From Flavobacteriales bacterium (GTDB taxonomy: Bacteria; Bacteroidota; Bacteroidia; Flavobacteriales_D; UBA2798): a DNA stretch of 64,000 nucleotides. Below the pieces are notes generated by a model. It saw nothing but the letters and a program-made list of their open reading frames with translations. It ran no database searches and was not told the DNA's origin. A program made the position numbers and the translations under genes. Where the stretch lies: positions 2,370 to 66,369 of the forward strand of contig JAIBBF010000001.1 of assembly GCA_019694795.1 (NCBI GenBank), given 5' to 3'. The stretch's first letter is position 1; every line of letters starts with the position of its first letter. Below are positions 18,465 through 28,268 of this stretch, one piece after another.

Positions 18465-19400
18465 ATGAAAATTACAGTAGTTGGAGCAGGTGCAGTTGGG
18501 GCAACATGTGCCGACAACATTGCTCGCAGAGAACTCGCAGAAGAAGTGGTACTTCTCGACATTAAAGAAGGATTTGCAGAAGGAAAAGCACTCGACATGC
18601 TTCAAACTGCTTCACTTTTGGAATTCGACACACGCATTAGCGGTAGCACTAACGATTACAGCAAAACAGCAGGATCTGACGTTGTGGTTATCACCTCCGG
18701 TGTGCCGCGCAAGCCAGGTATGACCCGCGAAGAATTAATCGGTATTAATGCAGGGATTGTAAAAAATGTAACAGAAAACATTTTGAAGCACTCACCCAAT
18801 GCCATTATCATCGTTATTTCGAATCCAATGGATACGATGACTTATCTCGCACTTAAAAGCGCAGGCGTTCCTAAAAACAGAATTATCGGAATGGGTGGTA
18901 TTCTTGATTCGGCCCGTTTTAAATGTTATATGAGTGCAGCATTAAATTGCTCACCAAACGATCTTCACGGAGTGGTAATTGGTGGACATGGCGACACCAC
19001 TATGATTCCATTGATTCGTCAGGCAAGCTTAAATGGTACTCCTGTTACCAATATGCTTTCTGAAGATCAGCAAAAACAAATTGTTGCAGATACCATGGTA
19101 GGTGGAGCAACCTTAACTAAATTGATCGGAACATCTGCATGGTACGCACCAGGAGCAGCAGGAGCTTTATTGGTAGAAAGCATTGTTCGCGACCAGAAAA
19201 AAGTTTTCCCATGCTGCGTTTACCTTGAAGGTGAGTACGGACAAAAAGACATCTGTCTTGGAGTACCTGTAGTAATCGGAAGAAACGGTTGGGAAAAAAT
19301 CATCGATTACAAATTGAACGCTGATGAACAAGCTGCATTCGATAAGAGCGCTGAAGCTGTTCGTAATATGAATAGCGTTTTGGATACATTGACTGTTTAA
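18465..19400 (+). CDS. mdh: Malate dehydrogenase (LDH-like MDH family).
   Basis: MKITVVGAGAVGATCA Rossmann motif, then ITSGVPRKPGMTREELI and GGHGDTMIPL-type motifs. The protein is 311 aa. Confidence 0.9.
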   Translation: MKITVVGAGAVGATCADNIARRELAEEVVLLDIKEGFAEGKALDMLQTASLLEFDTRISGSTNDYSKTAGSDVVVITSGVPRKPGMTREELIGINAGIVKNVTENILKHSPNAIIIVISNPMDTMTYLALKSAGVPKNRIIGMGGILDSARFKCYMSAALNCSPNDLHGVVIGGHGDTTMIPLIRQASLNGTPVTNMLSEDQQKQIVADTMVGGATLTKLIGTSAWYAPGAAGALLVESIVRDQKKVFPCCVYLEGEYGQKDICLGVPVVIGRNGWEKIIDYKLNADEQAAFDKSAEAVRNMNSVLDTLTV

Positions 19401-19422
19401 TCACATCATTTCAATTCTAAAA

Positions 19423-19452
19423 GGGAACTGATCATTTCAGTTCCCTTTTTTT
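19423..19452 (+). terminator. Rho-independent terminator after mdh.
   Basis: Stem gggaactga / tcagttccc, loop tcatt, then T7. Confidence 0.75.
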
Positions 19453-19464
19453 ATCTATCTCGAA

Positions 19465-20880
19465 ATGCAATTTTATTCAATTGCTTTTTTATTCTTTATA
19501 AGCCTAACTACGGTTATCTTCTACATTCTTCCCCAAAAATGGAGGTGGATACTACTATTAACTGCCAGTTGTGTTTTTTATTCCTATTTTATTCCAATAT
19601 ACCTATTGATTCTTTTTCTGATTATTGGAATTGATTATTATGCTGGATTACAAATTTTTAAAGTAGAAACTAAAAAAAAGAAACGATGGCTAATCCTTTC
19701 CATTGTAAGTAACCTATCAATTCTTGCCTTATTTAAATACTATAATTTTGGACTCGAACAGATCAATTCAATTTTAAGAATATCCGGATTTGAACATCAA
19801 CTTCCACTATGGAATTTAATATTACCTATCGGACTTTCATTTCACACTTTTCAATCGATCAGCTATACCATTGAAATTTATAGGGGCAATGTTTGTCCTG
19901 AACGACATCTAGGAATATATGCTGTTTATGTTTTATTTTTTCCACAGCTGGTTGCAGGACCGATTGAACGACCGCAGAATATAATTCCTCAATTCAGAAA
20001 AAAAATCGATTTTAACCACGAACGATTCATCACTGGTATTCACCGGATTTTGTGGGGACTTTTCAAAAAAGCAGTGGTTGCAGATCTACTTGGCAAATAC
20101 GTTAATTCCATTTACGACTTTTATGGTGTTAACAATGGAGCAACATTTTGGGTTGCAAGCTGGGCGTTCGGATTCCAAATTTACTGCGACTTTTCCGGCT
20201 ATTCAGACATTGCTCTGGGTAGTGCCCGTATTCTGGGTTTCGATTTAATGGAAAATTTTAATCTACCCTTTTTCGCAAAAAGCATTTCAGAATTTTGGAG
20301 AAGATGGCACATTTCTCTTTCAACCTGGCTGAGGGATTATTTATATATTCCATTAGGTGGAAATAAAAAAAGTAAAATTTTCACTTACCGGAATTTATTT
20401 ATTACAATGACCATTGCAGGTTTATGGCATGGTGCAGCATGGAACTATGTTTTATGGGGGATAAGTATTGGATTATTATTAATATCAGAACGAATTTTAA
20501 AATCCTTCATTAAAAAAGAATACAACAATTCCATTGCAAAACCGATACAAGTTTTTATTGTTTTTCAAATTATCACATTAACATGGGTTTTATTCAGAAG
20601 TGAAACCTGGGACCAAATTCTTTATATCTACCATAAAATGCTAAGTCAGCCGATAGTTGGAGGCATCAGTATTAAAGACACCTCCATATTCGTTTCAATG
20701 ATTCTTATGACAGGCATTATGGTAATGTTCGAATTTTTCTTTTTGAGAAAACGGAGCATTTATTCATTAAACCCGATAAAACATCCCGTGCAATCACTAT
20801 CCTTCATTGTAACATTTACAATGCTTTTAATTTGGTTTAGCGTTTCCGATGGCGATCAATTTATATATTTTCAGTTTTAA
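19465..20880 (+). CDS. MBOAT family O-acyltransferase (AlgI/DltB-like), copy 1.
   Basis: Multi-TM protein with motifs FPQLVAGPIERP, FWRRWHISLSTWLRDYLYIPLGGNKK and GLWHGAAWNYVLWG. The C-terminus is FIYFQF. Confidence 0.85.
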   Translation: MQFYSIAFLFFISLTTVIFYILPQKWRWILLLTASCVFYSYFIPIYLLILFLIIGIDYYAGLQIFKVETKKKKRWLILSIVSNLSILALFKYYNFGLEQINSILRISGFEHQLPLWNLILPIGLSFHTFQSISYTIEIYRGNVCPERHLGIYAVYVLFFPQLVAGPIERPQNIIPQFRKKIDFNHERFITGIHRILWGLFKKAVVADLLGKYVNSIYDFYGVNNGATFWVASWAFGFQIYCDFSGYSDIALGSARILGFDLMENFNLPFFAKSISEFWRRWHISLSTWLRDYLYIPLGGNKKSKIFTYRNLFITMTIAGLWHGAAWNYVLWGISIGLLLISERILKSFIKKEYNNSIAKPIQVFIVFQIITLTWVLFRSETWDQILYIYHKMLSQPIVGGISIKDTSIFVSMILMTGIMVMFEFFFLRKRSIYSLNPIKHPVQSLSFIVTFTMLLIWFSVSDGDQFIYFQF

Positions 20881-21821
20881 TGAAGAAATCAATAATTCAT
20901 ATCACAATAGCGCTTTTTTTGATTGTAATCGTTGATAAAATCAGTAGTATTATTTTTGATTCATTTTACCAAAAACAACTAAGTGGACAATCGGGAGGGA
21001 AAATAAACGCCTACTTAAAAAGTGAAATTAACCCTGAACTTTTAATTTTAGGCGATTCAAGAGCATTATATCAGGTGATACCTGACAGTTTAAATCCGGA
21101 AGCATTTAATCTTTCACACGCGGGAATGGGATTATCCTTTCAATCCGCATTATTACATATATTAATATCGAACCACAAAAAGCCAAAAAACATTCTTATT
21201 CATTTAGATCCTGATCAATTTCTGATTCAAAAAAACACATTTGGTGACAGAAGTGTTTTACAACTGCGCTATTATTATAATTCAGATGCATTTGTAAAAA
21301 AATACATCGATGAACTGGGTTTTGAAGAAAAATTTAAATTCTTATTTAGTTCATACCGCCACAATGGAAAACTATTCAGCGAAATAAAAAACGGCATTTT
21401 CCCATTAAGGTTAAAGTCCAGCCTAAACGGTTATGAACCATCCTTGCCGGAGGCACAAGACAGTTCCAATGTGATGTATATGGCACAAAAAGAAAAAGAG
21501 CCTAAGAATCCGGCCTTTAACATTCATTATTTCCATTATGTAACCGACATTATTTTACAGTGCAAAAAAAACAGAATCGGAATTTACTTTTTTACTGCAC
21601 CTACATTCGTTTATCTGAACTTTCAAAAAAAATTTAGCAGGGAAATAAGTGATTACCTGAAGGAAAATAAAACGCCCTACTTCAATTCCAACGAATTCAA
21701 CGAAAGTTGGAAAAATAATGCATCGAATTGGAAAGATGCGCGACATTTAAATCACAATGGTGCACAATTATTTAGTCGTGAAATAGGAAACTGGTATAAG
21801 CTATTACAAAAATCGCGATAA
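20880..21821 (+). CDS. Membrane-anchored hypothetical protein translationally coupled to MBOAT copy 1; possible acyl-transfer partner.
   Basis: TAATG stop/start overlap at 20880. N-terminal TM helix. LILGDSRALYQ is a GDS-like motif. The functional guess is weak. Confidence 0.5.
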   Translation: MKKSIIHITIALFLIVIVDKISSIIFDSFYQKQLSGQSGGKINAYLKSEINPELLILGDSRALYQVIPDSLNPEAFNLSHAGMGLSFQSALLHILISNHKKPKNILIHLDPDQFLIQKNTFGDRSVLQLRYYYNSDAFVKKYIDELGFEEKFKFLFSSYRHNGKLFSEIKNGIFPLRLKSSLNGYEPSLPEAQDSSNVMYMAQKEKEPKNPAFNIHYFHYVTDIILQCKKNRIGIYFFTAPTFVYLNFQKKFSREISDYLKENKTPYFNSNEFNESWKNNASNWKDARHLNHNGAQLFSREIGNWYKLLQKSR

Positions 21822-22208
21822 AAGATTTTTTTCCGGAATCATACAGGAATCTCTCTTCCCATACCACTTATAGCGATTCTTACCTACATAATCATAAACC
21901 GCATTTCGAATAAATCCGGGAACCAGAAGAAATGGATACAACAAAGGGTATGGAAATTTCAATTTTCCGGCAATACGTAATACCGCGCCAGATTTCGAAT
22001 AAACTTTTTCACCATTAAAATATAAAATGGTGTTTAACTTTTGAGGATCAACTCCAAATTCAGCAAGGAAGTTTTTTGCATAATCACCTTGGAGCGGAGC
22101 GAAGAAAAAAATTGATTTTTTATCGTTACGAATAATCCGCTGCACACTTGAGTTGCACAGATTACATTCACCATCAAAAAAAACAATATGTTTTGATTCC
22201 ACAGGCAT
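21804..22208 (-). CDS. Thiol-disulfide oxidoreductase, DCC family (DUF393).
   Basis: FFDGECNLCNSSVQRIIRND motif near the N-terminus. The protein is 134 aa. Confidence 0.75.
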   Translation of the reverse strand: MPVESKHIVFFDGECNLCNSSVQRIIRNDKKSIFFFAPLQGDYAKNFLAEFGVDPQKLNTILYFNGEKVYSKSGAVLRIAGKLKFPYPLLYPFLLVPGFIRNAVYDYVGKNRYKWYGKRDSCMIPEKNLLSRFL

Positions 22209-22591
22209 TAAAAGGGATCCGCCTCGCTAAAATCGACCACCACATGCGTTTCTCCCGGCTTATTGTTTATCAACACATGAGCACCACCTTCTAATGCAAC
22301 ATTTCCGGTTGAATCAGTGGTATATGCGTAAACATAATAATCGCCTCGTTTTAAATTATCGAAGGTGTAGTCACCCGTATAATCGCAAGTTGCGTTTTCA
22401 TCGTAGGAAACATTCTGACCCGGATACGAACTTGCTCCGTATTTTATTTTTAATTGAGCGTACGGCATGTTGGATAGGCCATTGATGCAGGTGACATTAA
22501 TCTTTGCTTTTCCTCCTTTACCGGGACCCTTTTCGCAGGAATAAACAAAAACAGAAATGATGAAAAGAAAGAGAATACTAACGCGATTCAT
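22208..22591 (-). CDS. Small lipoprotein, hypothetical.
   Basis: The signal peptide ends in a lipobox-like VFVYSC. The gene overlaps both neighbours, giving an operon with 22578..24863 and 21804..22208. Confidence 0.55.
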   Translation of the reverse strand: MNRVSILFLFIISVFVYSCEKGPGKGGKAKINVTCINGLSNMPYAQLKIKYGASSYPGQNVSYDENATCDYTGDYTFDNLKRGDYYVYAYTTDSTGNVALEGGAHVLINNKPGETHVVVDFSEADPF

Positions 22592-24863
22592 TTTTTACCA
22601 GTTTTAAAGTTTGAGTTTTCCCTTCGGAAATTATTTGAACCAGATAGATACCGTTCGACCACGACTCAATATTTAAATCAATCCTTGAGCTAGTCATTCG
22701 CACAAATTGAATTTTATTTCCTACCATGTCGTAAATGTGAACATCGGCATTTACACCAAATTTATCCGCATTCAGGGTTACCTGTTGGTTTGCAGGATTG
22801 GGATAAAGCATAAATTTTACCTGCTGCATGATTTCATTTAATCCGGAGGTACCATTGTAATCCCCATTGTAATAGGAGATACCGCCACGGTAATTCCCAA
22901 GCAACATATCCATTTGACCATCATTATTTAAATCGGCCACAGCAGGAGATGTACGGAGTCCATCTAAAACTTCAAAAACGGTTGTATCTACTCGGGTAAA
23001 TGCGCCACTTAAATTTCCATCAATATTATTGTAATGATGCACCCAGCCGGCTTTTGAACCAATGAATAACTGATATTCTCCGTTATCATCGTAAATCGAA
23101 GGAACTGAATAACCACTGGCATCCCACCATTCCTTTACGTTTAATTGTCCGAAATAATCGGTGATGTATTTAAATAAAGGAGTAGTAACTGTTCCTGTGT
23201 TTTGGTAATAGGTAATTTTTCCTGATTTATTTCCAACCAGCAAATCCAAATCATTATCTCTGTCGATATCGATTAAAAGTGGAGCAGAAAATTGTCCCAC
23301 ATCAATAATATTCCCCACATCGTCGGTCATTCCTGCCTGTGTTAATTGATGATCATACGGATTTCCGGCGCCGGCGATATTGGTAAAGAGTGAAAGAATA
23401 CCTAATTCATTTCCAACAATCATTTCATCATCGCCATCATTATCCAAATCACCAAAGGTGGGATAATAGCTTCTGCGGTTGATCAGAACATCAAGCGATT
23501 CGTAATTTTCAGTGACCAATTCAAATGAAGGCACGGTAGCTGTGCCAATGTTTTTATAGAGACTGATCTGAGAAAATACAGAGTCGTTAACCGGATTGTA
23601 AAAGCCATATGAAGCTACAAACAAATCGAGCAACCCATCTTCATTATAATCTGCTAAAACCGGATATGCACCTTCTCCTTTTTCGATCATTTCATCTTGA
23701 AGAAAATCGCGTTTTACAAAACTGAAATTAGGGACAGCATCCGTATTTGAATTCAGATAGTACAATACACTTTTTTGATTTTCGGATGAGCCGGTCGATT
23801 GCGGTGTTACAACTAAATCCCGCTTTCCATCGTTATTGACATCCAAAAAGAATGAACAAGGAAAAAGCTCCAGCTTAATTGGGGTATCATATACCGGAAA
23901 CAAGGTATCGAGTGAGGTCATGCATTGGTGAGCATTTGGAACTGTTGCTCCGTTTACTACTAAAACCTCATTGGGAAAAGAAACATCGCCCATTAGCAGG
24001 TCCTTCATGTTATCTCCATTTACATCCAATACGCACGTACATGAACCGGAATGACGCATTACACTTCTGTTATCGGGATCATCGCGATAATTTTTATCAC
24101 GCTCGGTGGCCTCTTCTATTAGTTCGGCTAATTGCGGATTAGGAATTCCCGTATTCGCGCACGTGTCGTTTAAATAAACTGAATTGTTGGTTTGATTTTC
24201 GGTAAAACAACCCCAGCATTGATTCATTAATGTGTAATCCAAACTATCGCAACCAAATCCGTTTTCTACCGAGTAATTCCGATGATATTCCAATGATGTA
24301 CCAAACACGCCAAAAGTTAATACATCCATATCGCCATCACCATCTATATCTTCAATTCCGGCAAGGTCGACGGAGCTCACGTATAAATTGACATAATTAC
24401 CCAATTGCCAGGATCGGATTAAATCTTTAACCAAAACAAAACTCAACACGCCTCCGCTGCTTGTATTCTTATACAGACGAATACCCCCGGGTGTGTAGGT
24501 CCACAAATCTTCCAGTCCATCACAATTATAATCTTTCAAAATCGCCCAGTTCATCATAGTGGGAAACTGCATCTCGTATTCCGGCGCATAACGATATTCA
24601 ATATTATTTGCACCTGGCTGGTGAAGAAAACACAAGGGTTTATTTCCGGTTCGATCGAACAACAACAAGTCTTTCACCCCATCCCCATTTAAATCAATGG
24701 TGTTAAACTGAGCATAATTGATTCCACCGGCCCAGGCCAAACGAAGAGTATCGGTTCCGGAACGTACAGCCACTGAATCATATCGGGTAAATAAATAAGG
24801 CGTTTGTGCACTTAGGCTCCCCGCCAGTACCATTATCCAACCCAAAAACAAATATTTCCGCAT
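22578..24863 (-). CDS. FG-GAP/VCBS-repeat protein with a T9SS type-A (Por_Secre_tail) C-terminal sorting domain.
   Basis: Signal peptide. Repeated D-N-DG--D-L calcium-binding-like loops (DLNGDGVKDLL, DIDGDGDMDVL, DVNNDGKRDLV, DLDNDGDDEMI, DLNNDGQMDML). The C-terminus reads LYPNPANQQVTLN...IYDMVGNKI...NGIYLVQIISEGKTQTLKLVK. Confidence 0.8.
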   Translation of the reverse strand: MRKYLFLGWIMVLAGSLSAQTPYLFTRYDSVAVRSGTDTLRLAWAGGINYAQFNTIDLNGDGVKDLLLFDRTGNKPLCFLHQPGANNIEYRYAPEYEMQFPTMMNWAILKDYNCDGLEDLWTYTPGGIRLYKNTSSGGVLSFVLVKDLIRSWQLGNYVNLYVSSVDLAGIEDIDGDGDMDVLTFGVFGTSLEYHRNYSVENGFGCDSLDYTLMNQCWGCFTENQTNNSVYLNDTCANTGIPNPQLAELIEEATERDKNYRDDPDNRSVMRHSGSCTCVLDVNGDNMKDLLMGDVSFPNEVLVVNGATVPNAHQCMTSLDTLFPVYDTPIKLELFPCSFFLDVNNDGKRDLVVTPQSTGSSENQKSVLYYLNSNTDAVPNFSFVKRDFLQDEMIEKGEGAYPVLADYNEDGLLDLFVASYGFYNPVNDSVFSQISLYKNIGTATVPSFELVTENYESLDVLINRRSYYPTFGDLDNDGDDEMIVGNELGILSLFTNIAGAGNPYDHQLTQAGMTDDVGNIIDVGQFSAPLLIDIDRDNDLDLLVGNKSGKITYYQNTGTVTTPLFKYITDYFGQLNVKEWWDASGYSVPSIYDDNGEYQLFIGSKAGWVHHYNNIDGNLSGAFTRVDTTVFEVLDGLRTSPAVADLNNDGQMDMLLGNYRGGISYYNGDYNGTSGLNEIMQQVKFMLYPNPANQQVTLNADKFGVNADVHIYDMVGNKIQFVRMTSSRIDLNIESWSNGIYLVQIISEGKTQTLKLVKNESR

Positions 24864-25031
24864 ATCACCCGGTGATTTCTTACAAAAGACGTCTATTTTG
24901 CCACATGTGATGCAACAAAGCCTTCAAATTTAAGGAAAAGGGTCCAAATGCGGGTGAACGGTAAAACCCTTGCTGAAAACCAAATACTTACGCTTTATCA
25001 ACATTGAATTGGTAAATAAGCCCACAAATTC

Positions 25032-25039
25032 TATATTTG
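25032..25039 (+). promoter_or_regulatory. Bacteroidota -7 promoter box (TATATTTG) upstream of secDF.
   Basis: Exact match to TAnnTTTG, 36 nt upstream of the ATG at 25075. It lies inside the longer TTG-initiated ORF. Confidence 0.4.
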
Positions 25040-25074
25040 CACCCCAATTTTATCTAACCGAAAAACTGTTTTCA

Positions 25075-28000
25075 ATGCAAAACAAGAGTGCTATCTGGAC
25101 TTTCACCATTCTTCTGACACTTGCGTGTCTGTTCCAGATTTCCTATTCCTGGGTTACCAACAGCGTGGAAAAGGAAGCCGCAGAAGAAGCTGACCGTCAG
25201 CTGGATTCTATCATTCAGACCAAACAACAAATGGTTGTTTACGGATCTGACAAATTCGACATGCAAAAAGAAATCGACCAGGAAAATCTCCGCAGTCGGT
25301 TAACGGAAGACTACCTGAAGAAGGTAGCACACGAGCCTGCATATCCTATTTTGGGAGAATCGTATCAGGATTGTAAAAAACGTGAGTTAAGTCTTGGTCT
25401 TGACCTTAAAGGCGGTATGTCCGTAACCATTGAGGTATCAATTCCTGACCTGATCAACAATCTTGCAGGTAAAACCAAAACACCGGCATTCCGCAAACCA
25501 TACGAAGCTGCACTGGCTAAATGGAGCAAAAATCCGAGCGAAGATTTTATTAATGTATTCGTAACAGAATTTACGTTGAACAACCCTGAAGGTCGTTTAG
25601 CTACTGTATTCTCTGCAGCGAACAAGGATAAGTTCCAAAGTAAAATGACCAACGATGAAGTGGTTGCTAAACTTCGTGATGAACGAGAAGTAGCGATGGC
25701 GAACATCGAGCAGATCATGAACAACCGCGTAAATAAGTTTGGTGTAAGCAATGCCACACTTCAACGTTTAGGTTCGTCCGGTCGTATTCAAATTGAACTT
25801 CCGGGTGTAAAAGATAAAGTGCGTGTTCGTGCTTTAATTCAAGCTACTGCTAATCTTGAGTTCTGGGAAACCTACAACAACTATGAAGTTGCCCCTTCAC
25901 TTGAAATGGCCAACAACCTACTGAGCCGCGAATTGTACCCTGAATTGTACACCGGTGATGAAGTAGCTGCAACTGTTCCTGATACAACTCTGCCTACGCC
26001 TCCGGACACTTTGAAAACAGCTGGAGATTCTTCAAAAATTGCCGCGGTTAATCCTGATTCAGGTGCTGCTAAAGAAAAAGCAGATACCAATCTTACCGAC
26101 CTTGAAAAAAGAAAAAAATATCCGATTTACGCTTATTTAAATCTGGCTATTCGTCAGGTTGAAGGTGGCGGTTATTCCTGGGAAGAAAAATCATGCCGCA
26201 TCGGTACTTGTTCTATTGCCGATACTGCACGTTTAAATTCATTATTGTTTCATCCAATCGTTGCCAATATCTGGCCGGAAGGATTAACCTTCTTATGGGA
26301 TGCAAAACCACTTCGTATTGACGGAAATGAAACCAATCAGATTTCGTTATACTGTATTAAGAAAAACAAAAAAGGTGTTCCACTGTTAGATGGTGGATCA
26401 GTGACCGAAGCACGTTACGATTTCTCTCAGTATTCGAATAAAGTAGAAGTTGTAATGCAGATGAATGCCAAAGGATCTGAAACCTGGGCTATCATGACCG
26501 ACCGCGCTAAAGGTAAATCCTGTATTGCGATTGTAATGGACGATTATGTGTATTCTGCTCCCTGGGTTAATGACAAAATCACCGGCGGACGTTCTTCCAT
26601 TTCCGGTAGCTTTACTCCTGATGAAGCTAATGACTTAGCCAACGTATTGAAATCAGGTACCCTCCCTGCGAAAGCTCAAATTATTGACTCCGTAGAGGTA
26701 GGTCCTTCACTTGGTCAAGCCAACATTAATTCCGGTTTAAATTCCTTCCTGATTGCATTGTTGATTGTATTGATCTACATGTACATCTATTATAAAAAGG
26801 CAGGACTTATTGCCAACGTTGCGCTTCTTGCCAACTTATTCTTCCTGATTGGTTCACTCGCTTCCATTCAAGCTTCATTAACACTTCCCGGTATTGCCGG
26901 TATCGTTCTTACCATTGGTATGGCGGTAGATGCTAACGTACTTATCTACGAACGTATCCGTGAAGAACTGAGATTAGGCAAATCATTGAAAATGGCGGTA
27001 AATGACGGATTCAAACGCGCATTATCGTCGATCATTGACGGAAACTTAACTACCCTTTTAACTGCAGTGGTACTTGCAGCATTTGGATCAGGTCCGATCT
27101 TAGGATTCGCTACCACACTTATCATTGGTATTTTCACATCCTTATTCTCTGCCATCTTTATTTCGCGATTAATTATTCATGAATTACTCGATCGTAAAAA
27201 GGACATCTCCTTCTCTACTAAATTCTCTGAGAATTTATTGGTTGGCTCTAAATTCCAATTTATGAAGCGTCGTAAATTATACTACGGAATTTCATCGCTT
27301 ATTATTATTGGAGGTATTGCTTCCTTATTTGTGAGAGGATTAGATTATGGCGTAGAATTTACCGGTGGATACGCGTTTGAAGTTCGTTTTGACGAAGCTG
27401 CTGATTACGATAAAATCAGAACAACACTTGCGGATGCATTTGTAGAGGATGGTCAAAAACTTACTCCTGAGGTAAAACGTATTGAAAACAAATTCAAAGC
27501 GAAAATCACGACGAAGTATTTATTCAACGATCAAACACCTGAAGCAGAAACAAAGGTGGAAGATAAACTGAAAGAAGGTCTTGATAAAATCTATAATGGA
27601 AAATATACCGTTGAAAGTAAACGTAAAGTAGGAGCCGTAATTTCTGAAGAACTCATCGGATCTTCGATCTCTTCAATTTTATTCTCTCTTTTAATCATCT
27701 TCGGTTACATTGTAATTCGCTTCTCTAAATGGCAATTTGGACTTGCAGCCGTATTGGCCTTGTTCCATGATGCCTTAATTGTATTGGGAATCTTCTCCAT
27801 CTTCTACGGAATCCTTCCGTTCTCGATGGAAATTGACCAAGCCTTTATTGCAGCGATCCTTACCGTAGTTGGTTATTCTATCAACGATACCGTGGTTGTA
27901 TTCGACCGTATTCGTGAATATATTCATGAGCATAAACGAATGGAATCTTCTTCCATGATTGATACGGCATTAAACACCACCTTAAGCCGTACCATCAATA

Positions 28001-28191
28001 CATCTATGACCACCTTTATCGTATTGCTCACCATCTTTATTTTCGGTGGGGAATCGGTGAAAGGATTTACATTCGCTCTTCTTGTAGGAGTTGCAGTAGG
28101 TACATATTCATCCTTGTTTATCGCATCACCTCTGGTGTACGATTTTACAGGAAAAGACTTATCGCAAGCAGCTACTAAAAAACCTGAATAA
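25075..28191 (+). CDS. secDF: Protein translocase subunit SecDF (fused).
   Basis: N-terminal TM helix, a large periplasmic domain and two 6-TM blocks. Motifs include LTLPGIAGIVLTIGMAVDANVLIYERIREE and GYSINDTVVVFDRIRE. I prefer the ATG at 25075 (MQNKSAIWTF...) over the TTG at 24970. Confidence 0.9.
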   Translation: MQNKSAIWTFTILLTLACLFQISYSWVTNSVEKEAAEEADRQLDSIIQTKQQMVVYGSDKFDMQKEIDQENLRSRLTEDYLKKVAHEPAYPILGESYQDCKKRELSLGLDLKGGMSVTIEVSIPDLINNLAGKTKTPAFRKPYEAALAKWSKNPSEDFINVFVTEFTLNNPEGRLATVFSAANKDKFQSKMTNDEVVAKLRDEREVAMANIEQIMNNRVNKFGVSNATLQRLGSSGRIQIELPGVKDKVRVRALIQATANLEFWETYNNYEVAPSLEMANNLLSRELYPELYTGDEVAATVPDTTLPTPPDTLKTAGDSSKIAAVNPDSGAAKEKADTNLTDLEKRKKYPIYAYLNLAIRQVEGGGYSWEEKSCRIGTCSIADTARLNSLLFHPIVANIWPEGLTFLWDAKPLRIDGNETNQISLYCIKKNKKGVPLLDGGSVTEARYDFSQYSNKVEVVMQMNAKGSETWAIMTDRAKGKSCIAIVMDDYVYSAPWVNDKITGGRSSISGSFTPDEANDLANVLKSGTLPAKAQIIDSVEVGPSLGQANINSGLNSFLIALLIVLIYMYIYYKKAGLIANVALLANLFFLIGSLASIQASLTLPGIAGIVLTIGMAVDANVLIYERIREELRLGKSLKMAVNDGFKRALSSIIDGNLTTLLTAVVLAAFGSGPILGFATTLIIGIFTSLFSAIFISRLIIHELLDRKKDISFSTKFSENLLVGSKFQFMKRRKLYYGISSLIIIGGIASLFVRGLDYGVEFTGGYAFEVRFDEAADYDKIRTTLADAFVEDGQKLTPEVKRIENKFKAKITTKYLFNDQTPEAETKVEDKLKEGLDKIYNGKYTVESKRKVGAVISEELIGSSISSILFSLLIIFGYIVIRFSKWQFGLAAVLALFHDALIVLGIFSIFYGILPFSMEIDQAFIAAILTVVGYSINDTVVVFDRIREYIHEHKRMESSSMIDTALNTTLSRTINTSMTTFIVLLTIFIFGGESVKGFTFALLVGVAVGTYSSLFIASPLVYDFTGKDLSQAATKKPE

Positions 28192-28195
28192 TCAG

Positions 28196-28224
28196 AAAAG
28201 CCTCCTTCGGGAGGCTTTTTTTTT
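28196..28224 (+). terminator. Rho-independent terminator after secDF.
   Basis: Stem aagcctcc / ggaggctt, loop ttcg, then T9. Confidence 0.8.
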
Positions 28225-28255
28225 GAAATATATGTTGGCACTATCCTTCCTTCCT

Positions 28256-28263
28256 TAACTTTG
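28256..28263 (+). promoter_or_regulatory. -7 promoter box (TAACTTTG) immediately upstream of tatA.
   Basis: Exact TAnnTTTG match ending 5 nt before the ATG at 28269. Confidence 0.35.
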
Positions 28264-28268
28264 CAAGC

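Noticed and set aside
24970-25074. A TTG-initiated 35-codon N-terminal extension of secDF.
   Set aside because: A TAnnTTTG promoter box lies inside the extension. The ATG at 25075 gives the expected short N-terminus followed by the first TM helix.
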